NCBI GenBank assembly: GCA_965242925.1
Contig: CBDEUM010000014.1
Span: 224,001-288,000, forward strand
From: Roseibacillus sp.
GTDB taxonomy: Bacteria > Verrucomicrobiota > Verrucomicrobiia > Verrucomicrobiales > Akkermansiaceae
Length of the DNA: 64,000 nucleotides
Reading direction: 5' to 3'
How positions within the stretch are numbered: the first letter of the stretch is position 1; every line of letters begins with the position of its first letter. Below, piece after piece: positions 29,670 through 38,900 of this stretch. Both the position numbers and the translations under genes were made by a program. The notes beneath the pieces were generated by a model, which was not told the origin of the DNA, ran no database searches, and worked only from the letters and a program-made list of their open reading frames with translations.

Positions 29670-32600
29670 ATGCCCGAACCGGAACAACAAAAACCCGAAC
29701 AACCCCCGGCCAACCACGCGCCCTCGCCGGCGCGCTGGCTGCTGCCGCTTGCCGCCCTCGCGGTAATGATCGGGATCGGCCTCCTCATCCAAGGCAAGCT
29801 CCGCAACGAGATCTGGTCCTACTTCACCGACGACCAGGGAACCCGCGTGGTAGTGCAGGATGGCAGGGAACGCTACATCCTCTGGCAGGATCCCCGGCAG
29901 AGCCTCTTCAAGGAAGAGGGCTCCACCGAAGAGCCCGATCCCGTCAATCAAGCCTCCGGTCGACTGGAAGCGGCCTTCTCCCCGAATGGCACCTCCATGG
30001 TCCTGGTCCGAACGGAAGCCGAAAACACCCGGGCCGACCTCTACTGGTCCACCTGGGATGGACGGCTCTGGACCCGCCCCACCGCTCTCAGCGCCCTCAA
30101 CACGGAGGCCGACGAGCGGGGACCGGCCTTCTCCCGCGACGGCAGGTATCTCTACTTCAGCTCCGATCGCGAGGGTGGCCAGGGAGGCACCGACATCTAC
30201 GTGGCCCGCTGGAACGGTCAGGAATGGACCGGCGTGGGAGCGCTGGGGACCACCGTCAATTCGCCCGCCCACGAAACCGGCCCCGCTCCCACCACCGACG
30301 GGAACCGCCTCTACTTCTCGTCCAATCGCGACGGCACCGGAAACGACATTTTCGTCTCACAACGTCTTGAGGAAACGCCTTCGGACCCCGGAGAGACTGC
30401 GAACGAAGCCGCCCCCGAACCAGTGGAGCCAAAAAATCCTGCCAATTCCGGGGAAGCAGTGGTCGAACTCCCGCCTCTCCCGAAATTTCGCAATGGGGAG
30501 ATCGTCGACCACCTCAATTCCTCCGCCGAGGACCTGCAGGCCGCCCTGACCCGGCGCGGCAACCATGTCTTCCTGGCCTCCGATCGCGATCGCAACACAG
30601 AGTCCGGTTTCGGCGTCTACTTCAGCCGCGTCATCGACGGGGAAGCGCTTCCTCCCGAGCGCGTCGACCTCTACCTCGACAGGGGTGATGTCACCGACCC
30701 CGCGGTACGCATGGAGGGCTTCGATCTCCTCTTCAGCACCAACTCCGGGACCAGCGAGGAGGAAGAAGGATTCAAGCTCTACCGTTCCACCACCCGTGAG
30801 GTCATTGGCTACACCAACCTCGATCGCTGGGAGTCCTTCAAGGAACTCATGAAGAATATCGGCTGGTGGATCCTCCTCGCTCTCCTCGCCCTCATTGCCC
30901 TCCTTTATCTCATGGAGGCCTGGCAGGACATCACCAACCTCTTCCACAAGTGCCTGGCCGGGTCCGCCGTCGTCCACCTCATCATTCTCTTTCTCCTCAT
31001 GCTCTGGCTCATCGCCAGGGAAGTGGGCGGCAAGGAGCCACAATCGCCCGTGGCCACCGTCAGCATCGAAGCCCTCATGGAGGAGGAACTGGCCCTCGAG
31101 AGCGAACCGGAACAGGCCCAGATCGCGGAAACCAAGAATCTTGTGATGACCGAGAAGTTCGACAGCGACTTCAAGATCCCCGTTTTCAAACCGCGTGAGA
31201 ATACCAAGGTCGTCCCCATCGTCACCAAGACTTCCAATGCCTCCCTCGTGCCCAGCGTGCGGCCCTCCAAGCTCAATGAATCGGAGTCGGAACAGGAACA
31301 ACCACAGCCCACCAAGGAACTCACCGTCCTGACCTCCCTGCCCGAGACCTTCCTCCCCGAACCGGAAGACCCCACCCTTGAGGAGGAGCAGGTCACCGAC
31401 CAGCAACTGGCCGAGAAACCGGCCGACCCCGCCGAGACCGAGTTCAAGCCCACCGAGTCCCTGGAGCAGGTGGAGCCCAAGCAGGCCGAGGAACACGAGG
31501 TGGTCGACACCGCCATCGAAAATGAGGCCGAGTCCAAGGATGTCTCGCAAACCGACTCCGCCCCCCAGGCCGCCGATACCGGGGGCGACATCGTCAATCC
31601 CCACCGCGGCCTGGAGGCCCTCGGCGCACCGCCCGAACTGGACGGGGCCGGAGACGCCATTACCAATCTGCTCAACCTCCCGGGGGACGCCCAGGCCAAT
31701 GACCCTCTCCTCCCCGGCAAACTGGCCACCCCGACCAATGATCTCGACACCCGGGCCATCACCAAGCTCATCAAGAAACAACGCGGACGGCCCTCACTGG
31801 ACACCATCGAGCAGCTTGGGGGATCGGACGCCACCGAGCGTGCCATCGGGGCGGCCCTTGAATGGCTCGCCCGCAACCAGGAGGGGGACGGCCGCTGGGA
31901 CATGCGCAAACACGGTGCCAACGGCGCCTACGATACCGCCGGGGCCGGACTGGCCCTGCTGTGTTTCTACGGCTGGGGCGAGGTTCACAACAAGGGTGGC
32001 AAATACCAGGCCACCGTCCAACGCGCCCTCGACTGGCTCATCAAGCAGCAGAAGGAAAACGGCGACCTGCGGGGCGGGGGCCGGATGTATTGCCACGGCA
32101 TCGCCGCCATCGCCCTCTGCGAGGCCTACGGTGCCACCAAGGATCCCAAGCTCAGGGAAGCGGCCCAGAAGGCCATCTCCCTGATCCTCGCCTCCCAGAG
32201 CCCCAGCAAGGGGGGTTGGCGCTACAACCCAGTCAACCAGAACAGTCAACCCAGTGAGGACTCCGACCTCTCGGTCACCGCCTGGCAGTACATGGCCCTG
32301 CACAGTGCCCGCCTGGCCGACCTCAGTGTCCCGGATGCGGCCTTCACCCGGGCCCAGAATTACCTGTCCTCGGTCTCCTCCGGAAAACACGGGGGGCTCT
32401 ACGCCTACACCGGCGGTGGGCCCAACCCCGCCATGACTGCCAGCGGCATGTTCTGCCGTCAGCTCGATCTCGTCCCCCCCACCGATCCCAGCATGCCGGA
32501 GAGCGCCGAATACCTGGGACGCCACAAGCTCCAGCAGAATCCCAAATACTACTACATGTACTACGCCACCCTCGCCCTCTACCAGCACCAGGGGCCAGTT

Positions 32601-32828
32601 TGGAAGGAGTGGAACGAGAAGCTGAAGGAGGTCCTGCCCCTCATCCAGAAGAAGGTCGGCCCCGAACGGGGAAGCTGGGATCCGGGCGGCCAGCACGCGC
32701 GGGCAGGCGGGCGGGTGGTCTCCACCACCCTCTCGGTCCTCAGCCTTGAGGTCTACTACCGTCTCCTCCCGATGTACGGGTTCCGTGGAGCGGACGACTT
32801 GCCCGCCGCCAAGAAAAAGGGCGAGTAG
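29670..32828 (+). CDS. Membrane protein: PD40 propeller, TM hairpin with SxxxH, acidic Pro-rich linker, C-terminal QW-repeat barrel
   Basis: LYFSSDREGGQGGTDIY repeats; GSAVVHLIILFLL; E/P/T-rich spacer; QEGDGRW, GGWRY, SDLSVTAW, LEVYYRLLPMY. Confidence 0.8.
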   Translation: MPEPEQQKPEQPPANHAPSPARWLLPLAALAVMIGIGLLIQGKLRNEIWSYFTDDQGTRVVVQDGRERYILWQDPRQSLFKEEGSTEEPDPVNQASGRLEAAFSPNGTSMVLVRTEAENTRADLYWSTWDGRLWTRPTALSALNTEADERGPAFSRDGRYLYFSSDREGGQGGTDIYVARWNGQEWTGVGALGTTVNSPAHETGPAPTTDGNRLYFSSNRDGTGNDIFVSQRLEETPSDPGETANEAAPEPVEPKNPANSGEAVVELPPLPKFRNGEIVDHLNSSAEDLQAALTRRGNHVFLASDRDRNTESGFGVYFSRVIDGEALPPERVDLYLDRGDVTDPAVRMEGFDLLFSTNSGTSEEEEGFKLYRSTTREVIGYTNLDRWESFKELMKNIGWWILLALLALIALLYLMEAWQDITNLFHKCLAGSAVVHLIILFLLMLWLIAREVGGKEPQSPVATVSIEALMEEELALESEPEQAQIAETKNLVMTEKFDSDFKIPVFKPRENTKVVPIVTKTSNASLVPSVRPSKLNESESEQEQPQPTKELTVLTSLPETFLPEPEDPTLEEEQVTDQQLAEKPADPAETEFKPTESLEQVEPKQAEEHEVVDTAIENEAESKDVSQTDSAPQAADTGGDIVNPHRGLEALGAPPELDGAGDAITNLLNLPGDAQANDPLLPGKLATPTNDLDTRAITKLIKKQRGRPSLDTIEQLGGSDATERAIGAALEWLARNQEGDGRWDMRKHGANGAYDTAGAGLALLCFYGWGEVHNKGGKYQATVQRALDWLIKQQKENGDLRGGGRMYCHGIAAIALCEAYGATKDPKLREAAQKAISLILASQSPSKGGWRYNPVNQNSQPSEDSDLSVTAWQYMALHSARLADLSVPDAAFTRAQNYLSSVSSGKHGGLYAYTGGGPNPAMTASGMFCRQLDLVPPTDPSMPESAEYLGRHKLQQNPKYYYMYYATLALYQHQGPVWKEWNEKLKEVLPLIQKKVGPERGSWDPGGQHARAGGRVVSTTLSVLSLEVYYRLLPMYGFRGADDLPAAKKKGE

Positions 32829-32903
32829 GGAAGTCCTCCCTTCCTTCCTCCGAAAGCCACTTCCCGGTTGGGACCGGTCAATTGAGGATCCAGGACCGCG
32901 CCT

Positions 32904-33533
32904 TTAATGCGCCTTGACCTTGATATTGCGTACCCAGAACGGCTGTCCGTGATCCTGGATGGCGATCTTCCCCTTCTCCGCCAGCTTCTTGTTGGGACGC
33001 TTTTTGGCGACGAGATCCAGTCCATCCTGGACCTTCTTCCCGTTGAGAACCACGGTGAGTTTGTTGTCCTTCAGGGTCACCACCATGCGATTCCATTCGC
33101 CCGGCTTTTTCGCGGCGTTGACGAGGGGACCCGCGGTGCCGATGACGCCTCCCAGGTCATGGGGGCCGAGTTTCTTTTTCCCGAAGCAGTCGAGAATCTG
33201 CACCTCAAATCCGTGGGCGGTGGCATCTGACTCGTCGTAAATGCGGAAGTAGAGCCCGGAGTTTCCGCCCTTGGGATGCTTGTACTCGAAGTCGACGGTG
33301 AAATCCTTGAAGTCATCCTTGAGCCAGAGATAGGAGCCGTAGCGGGTCCAGCCCTTCTCCCCCTCCCGCGGATCAAGGTAGAGGGATCCGTCCTTCTGGA
33401 TCTTCCAGTTCCCCTTGGTCTTGATGTTGGAGAGATCCTTCCCGTCGTAAATGGTCTTGAACTCGTGGTGGTCGGCCAGGACACAGGTCCCGGGGATGAG
33501 GGCAGAAGCGAGGGCGAACAGAACTGATTTCAT
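32904..33533 (-). CDS. DUF1080 / 3-keto-disaccharide hydrolase family protein
   Basis: YDGKDLS, GGNSGLYFR, FEVQILD, GEWNRM, GKIAIQDHG, VRNIKVK. Confidence 0.9.
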   Translation of the reverse strand: MKSVLFALASALIPGTCVLADHHEFKTIYDGKDLSNIKTKGNWKIQKDGSLYLDPREGEKGWTRYGSYLWLKDDFKDFTVDFEYKHPKGGNSGLYFRIYDESDATAHGFEVQILDCFGKKKLGPHDLGGVIGTAGPLVNAAKKPGEWNRMVVTLKDNKLTVVLNGKKVQDGLDLVAKKRPNKKLAEKGKIAIQDHGQPFWVRNIKVKAH

Positions 33534-33687
33534 GGTCCCTCCAGCTAGCAACAAATCAGCACCGCCCGAAAGAAGAAACTACCACCTGATCCGATGATGG
33601 GAACGGAGTGTCCCGGTCACCAGAGAGACCGGGAGGCGAATCGCCTCCCCACGAGGGGCCGATTCTGGTAGGCAGGGTCCCTTCGTG

Positions 33688-34950
33688 ATGCGCCTCGCCT
33701 TCATCCTGCTCACCCTGGCCCCCATCCTGGCCGCGCAGGGGGAAGATGCTCCCGCCCCCACCCCGGACGATCTTCCCTGGCACGCCCTCGCGGCGGGACT
33801 GCCTCCCGGCACCATTGCCGGTCCGCCCACCGGCCTGACCATCCACAACCGGACCGATCGCCCGGTGAAGATCTTCTGGGTGAAGTACAACGGAACCCTC
33901 AAGGCCTACGGGGAGCTGGAAGCAGGCGGCACCCGCGAACAGAAAACAACCGCCAATTCCAACTGGCTCATCGCGGATGGAAACGACAAGCCCCTCGGTT
34001 ACTTCCAGGCCACCCCCCGACCAGGCCGGGCCGTCATTCCGAAGAATCTCCCGGTTCCCGTCCTGCGAGCCGGGAAATACACCCCGGGAACCCGGAAGGG
34101 GGCGCTGGCCTGGCAGAGGGAACTACGCGGATCGTTCCTCCACTTGCTGAAGATGGAAGACCTCGTAGCCCACAAGACCCGCCTCCCGCTCAACCCCAGG
34201 ACGATTTCCTCCGAGGACAAGGGCGCGTTCGTGTTGCACGAGATGGAAATCAACAGCACACCAGACAGCCGCATCAAGGTGGTCTTGACTGTCCCCCGGA
34301 ATGTCGCGGAAGCCTGCCCCGCGGTGGTCGCCATCGCGGGACACAGCGGGACGCGGCATTCGTGCTACCAAGGCCGCGGCTTCGCCACCCTGCTTGCGGA
34401 GAAAGGCTACGTCACCGTCTCCACCAGAATCAGCCAGCACAGTGTGCGCGAGCAGGAACGCTCCATGATGGGCGAACGCCTCTGGGATCTCATGCGCTGC
34501 GTCGACCTCCTGGCCTCCCGCAGGGAAGTCGATCCCGGGCGCATCGGCTGCGCGGGCAACTCCCTCGGCGGCGAGATGGCGATGTGGCTGGCGGCCATGG
34601 ACGAGCGCATCGCAGCCACTATGAGCGCCGGCTTCCTCACCCGCATGGACCAGTTGGAGGAAAATCACTGCCGTTGCTGGAAGTTTCCCGGCTTGCGCAC
34701 GCTCGCCGACTTCTCCGACATTTACGCCCTCACCGCCCCCCGCCCCCTGATGTGCCAGAACGGCCTGCAGGAACGCCCCACCTGGTTCACCGTCCCCCTC
34801 GCCCGCGAGGCCCTCGCCGACATCAAGCCCATCTACGAGGTCCTTGGCGCCCCGGAACACCTGGAGTTCCTCGCCCACGAGGGCGGCCACGTGATCGAGA
34901 TCCCGTCCCTCCTTGCCTTCCTTGGGAAACACCTCGGACGCGAGGAATAG
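33688..34950 (+). CDS. Secreted alpha/beta hydrolase (esterase/dienelactone hydrolase-like) with N-terminal VHL beta-like domain
   Basis: Nucleophile motif GNSLGG, VDPGRIG, HEGGH; N-terminal IHNRTDRPVKIFWVKYNG...YGELEAG...WLIAD. Confidence 0.75.
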   Translation: MRLAFILLTLAPILAAQGEDAPAPTPDDLPWHALAAGLPPGTIAGPPTGLTIHNRTDRPVKIFWVKYNGTLKAYGELEAGGTREQKTTANSNWLIADGNDKPLGYFQATPRPGRAVIPKNLPVPVLRAGKYTPGTRKGALAWQRELRGSFLHLLKMEDLVAHKTRLPLNPRTISSEDKGAFVLHEMEINSTPDSRIKVVLTVPRNVAEACPAVVAIAGHSGTRHSCYQGRGFATLLAEKGYVTVSTRISQHSVREQERSMMGERLWDLMRCVDLLASRREVDPGRIGCAGNSLGGEMAMWLAAMDERIAATMSAGFLTRMDQLEENHCRCWKFPGLRTLADFSDIYALTAPRPLMCQNGLQERPTWFTVPLAREALADIKPIYEVLGAPEHLEFLAHEGGHVIEIPSLLAFLGKHLGREE

Positions 34951-34963
34951 CCCCACGCGACCT

Positions 34964-35257
34964 CTATTTCTCGGTTCTGATTGCGATGTTCGCCTTCGGA
35001 ACCCCGACGTAACGGCAGATGGACATCACGTTGGCAAGGTAGAGGTGCTTGGACTCCTTGTCACAGCGGATCAGGACCTTGAGATCGGGGTTTTTCTCGA
35101 ACCTCTCGTTGATCCACTTGGTGAGACCTTCCTCGGTCACCTGCTGGCCCATCACGACCATGGCACCGTTGTGACGAATGTTGACCTTGATCAGGTTGCC
35201 AGCGGTCTGGGTGAGGGACTGGGGCCTTGAATCAGTCGGCAGTTTGATGAGGTGATC
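34964..35257 (-). repeat. Diverged inverted copy of the exbD 3' segment (26655..26948)
   Basis: 294-nt colinear match from DHLIKLP to RTEK-stop, without indels. Confidence 0.9.
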
Positions 35258-35872
35258 CGCGCTCGTATCCGTATTCTTCACCCGCCCGGATGCCGTGATA
35301 AATATTTTTTCGGGCCCCACCCCGTATTCAATTGTGAACCACACCACTTCACTGAATCGCCACCGCAGTGCTTTGTTCCCGTTATTTTTCCCATAGGCGG
35401 CTCCCTTGTCCCGGGTAAACCGGTTAGCCTTATAAAAAGGGGGATTAAATAAATCCGGGTGGGAATTCTGCCAATGTTGGGCTGTGGCACCAAAGGGCTT
35501 GAGGGTGTCCTCCCAGAACTTTCGGTAGGCAGCCAGGGAATCGGCATTGGGCTCTACAAGGTGGGCATCGTGGTCAGGATGCTCTTTGACAACCTCATCC
35601 ATTACAAGCTGGGGAGCCCGGGGCCAGATGTCACCGTTTGCCTCCAGGTAACGCTGCATCGCAACGTGCAGTGCCATCAGGTCCTCCGTGGCTTCCTCGA
35701 TAGCGCCTTTTTCCTGCCAGAGCAGGGGCAGGGTGGCAAAGGATTGCGTATTTTCCTTTGCTTCAGGGCCGTCCGGGTTCCGGCTCTCTTCATTGGCGGG
35801 CTTTTCACAGGCCACCAGGAGCAAGGCCAGAGAGGCTGTAATGAAGCAAGCCAAGGAACCTCTTACATTCAT
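34964..35872 (-). CDS. Chimeric lipoprotein with C-terminal ExbD periplasmic domain
   Basis: Lipobox LLLVAC; last 97 aa match the ExbD at 26532 at 81/97 positions by manual alignment. Confidence 0.75.
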   Translation of the reverse strand: MNVRGSLACFITASLALLLVACEKPANEESRNPDGPEAKENTQSFATLPLLWQEKGAIEEATEDLMALHVAMQRYLEANGDIWPRAPQLVMDEVVKEHPDHDAHLVEPNADSLAAYRKFWEDTLKPFGATAQHWQNSHPDLFNPPFYKANRFTRDKGAAYGKNNGNKALRWRFSEVVWFTIEYGVGPEKIFITASGRVKNTDTSADHLIKLPTDSRPQSLTQTAGNLIKVNIRHNGAMVVMGQQVTEEGLTKWINERFEKNPDLKVLIRCDKESKHLYLANVMSICRYVGVPKANIAIRTEK

Positions 35873-35956
35873 AACAGATCAACCCTAGGGAAGATTACAT
35901 GAAAGGCAACGGAACAGGGAATGGTCTCCCGTGGAATCACGTTCCCCGGATCACAT

Positions 35957-38900
35957 TCATGGTTGTCTCTTCGGCTCCACTCCAAAATGATGCAACACGT
36001 TCCTGACCAGCGCGCTCAGGGCCTTGTCATGATACATGGCCCAGGCCGTCGCGATTGAACCGGTGTGAAAAACCTGTCCCCCTTCAGGCCGCTCCCAATA
36101 GATGATCTCCGCAATGGTCTGCTCATCTCCCGCCCTTGGCCGGTGCGCTTCGGCATTGAAATCAAGGATGTTCCGCTTGTCCTGGCTGCTGGCGATGGTG
36201 ACGATCCCCTTCGGTTCTGCCAGCCCTTTCAGGGCCGGATTCCTGGTCGCCCTCAGCAACGTCGAGAGGCGCACGTCGTACTCGTGACCGACTGCACCGA
36301 TGCTCTTGTTGACGAACCCGAAGGGATCTCCCTCTTGCAGATCGATCTTGTGGGGTTTGTTGAAAAGGAAATGATCCGGCAGATCAGCGTGATAGGGCTT
36401 GAAGTTCAAGCCACCCCACCCGGCACAGGTCAACCCGACCAGCTTCCATGCGGGGTAGCCGCAGAAACGCATCAGGCTCCCGCGCTTGAAATCGTGGCTA
36501 TGGTAGAGTTCGCCCACCTTGGCCCGGGCCCGGCCCCCGATACTTTTCCCGAACTTACGACACTCCATCACCTCGCCACTGTCGTCGAAGCTCACCCGCC
36601 AGAACATGGTGTTTCCTGACATCACCACCGCCGCCCCACCGGCCTTCAGATAGTTATCAAGACCGTCGTAGGCGCGGCTTGACCAGTATTCGCTGTGTCC
36701 GTTGATGCAGACCGCCTTGTAGCCATTCAATATTTCCGGGTGACGGTCCAGGTCGTGGTCGGTGATGACATCGTAGTGGTAGCCGTGGTCGTCCAGCCAG
36801 AGGTGCAGGAAGCGCTCGCCACGGAGCAGATGGCTGTAGCCTCCGCCGATATAGGTCTTGTTGGGCCCTCCCGCCGGCCAGGGCACTTTCATGCCGATCT
36901 TATAGGTCGGCTGGCCGTTGTGGTGATCACTGTAGCAGCTGTAGCTGGGCGCTCCCGGGTGGCTGTTGCCCAATCCACCCGTCCCCATGTTGACCAGGCC
37001 CGGCCCATGATTCACCGGAAAGGGAGTCGAATTGTAGGCCAGCCAGGTATTTGACGAAACGAGAACGAGCAGGGGCGCCTTCGGCCTGGCCTCGGGGCGC
37101 CGCACGATGAAGGAGGCATGGTAGCGCATCGGTTTGCCGTTCAACTGGAAATCGAAGCGTCCGGCGTAGACGCCCGACTTGGCATGGGCAGGAACACGGA
37201 ATCGATGGCTTACCTTCCAACGGGCATTGTATATTTCGTCAGTGGCCAAGCGGAGCCCGTGACCTCGTCTGGCATCCTTGGTCGGATCGTATGCCGTATC
37301 GTGTCGGCCGATCGCCGCCGCATCAAAGGTCGGGCCGCCGATCATCCAGGTTCCCCGGTTGATGATCCTGCCATTGCGTCCAAAATCACTCGTATCGGCT
37401 ACTTCTACACCCCGTTCCTCGGTGAACGGCCAGCAGGCCAGCAGGCGGTCATCCCTGGGAACGCTCAAGCCGCGACCGGAAAAACGTTTCCTGATTTGAT
37501 CCTCACTTAGAGCCCGGTCATAGATAGCACACATCGCGATGTCGCCGTTATAGAAGTTCACCGCCGTTCCCTTTTGACCATAGGCCCCGATGCGCAGGGC
37601 GGTCTCGCCAGGTCTTACTGTTCCGGCGAAGGGGAACTCGGCAACAAGTTTGCCGTCCACATAAACCCGTTTTTTCTTCCCATCCCAGCAACCAACGAGG
37701 TGGTGCCATTGCTGGGCCTTGATCAGCCCGGGCTCGGTCTGGTGAAAGGCGGCCTGATCGTAAGCACCTCCTGCCCCGGTGCCAAAGACGATCCTCCCCT
37801 CGCTAAGAAACAACCCAACTCCACAACGTTCCGGATAATCGTGCTGGGTGATCAAGCCCTGCCAGCCGGTCAACTTGAATGGGCGGATCCAGCATTCCAG
37901 GGTCAGCTGCGACAAGCGTCTCTCGACAGGTAGAGCTTTGGCCACATGCACGTAGGACCCCGGATGGATCGCCTGGGCCTGCGGTTGTTCGACCCGAAAG
38001 GTTTGCAGCACCGGATCCTTGTCCCGGCTCTCGGGATCCTGCCCCAGTTGCACGACGCTCAGGTCGTAAGGGACGCTGCTGCTGACTCGAAACTCGATTT
38101 CCTCACCCGCCGCAATGCTCTTCTGCGCGTAGGCGTGCAGACCTGGCAAATCCACCGGCTGATGCGGGGGTATTTCCTGTTCCTTGCCTGCATTCCCCTC
38201 CGTGGAAGCAAAGGCGGCAGGCAACTTGGCCGCTTTCAAATAAGCCACCAGGTCGGCAATTTCTCCAGGTTTCAAGAGGCCGTCAAAAACCCGGGGCATT
38301 AACGAAATGTTCGAATACTTTGCCGCTTTGATGTCCCGAATCGGCACGGAGTGTTCCAATCCGGGCGCCGGCGCGAGGACCATCTTATCCACGGTATCCC
38401 TCAGGATCAGGCCCCCTGTTTCTCCTTTCCTGGTCTGCACCTTCACCAGTTCGTAGTAACGGGCAATCGATGAACTGGGATAGACGATCGCCTCCAGAAG
38501 GTCCTGTTCACTGCGAATGGACCCGATTCCGGTCAGGTCAGGACCGAACTTCACTCCCTGATCCCCCATGACGTGACAGGTGATGCACAAGGATTTGGAA
38601 GCATTGTGAAATAGCTTCTCTCCTCGATCCGGATCTCCCTCCGGCAGCAGGGCCGACAGCTCCTTGAGACGCGTCTGTTGAAGAGCCGCCGCTTCCGGAT
38701 CGGACTCGACGGCATCCGCCAGCTGGATCCTCGGCATGGCCTGGGGCGCGGGATCCGCTTCGCCAAGCTCGTGCATGAGACGAACCTGCCTTCCCAGCGG
38801 ATCATCCTCGGAAAGGCTCCGGGTGTCTCCGATCTCGTAGAGTGCATAGATGATGGCGTGCCTCAAAAACGCATCCATCTTCTTCGAGCTGGCCGCCACC

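Noticed and set aside
26961..32828. Hopanoid/terpene biosynthetic cluster or alpha-2-macroglobulin-like thioester proteins
   Set aside because: No DxDD motif, no isoprenoid pathway genes nearby, no CGEQ thioester motif; the domains are predicted extracytoplasmic.
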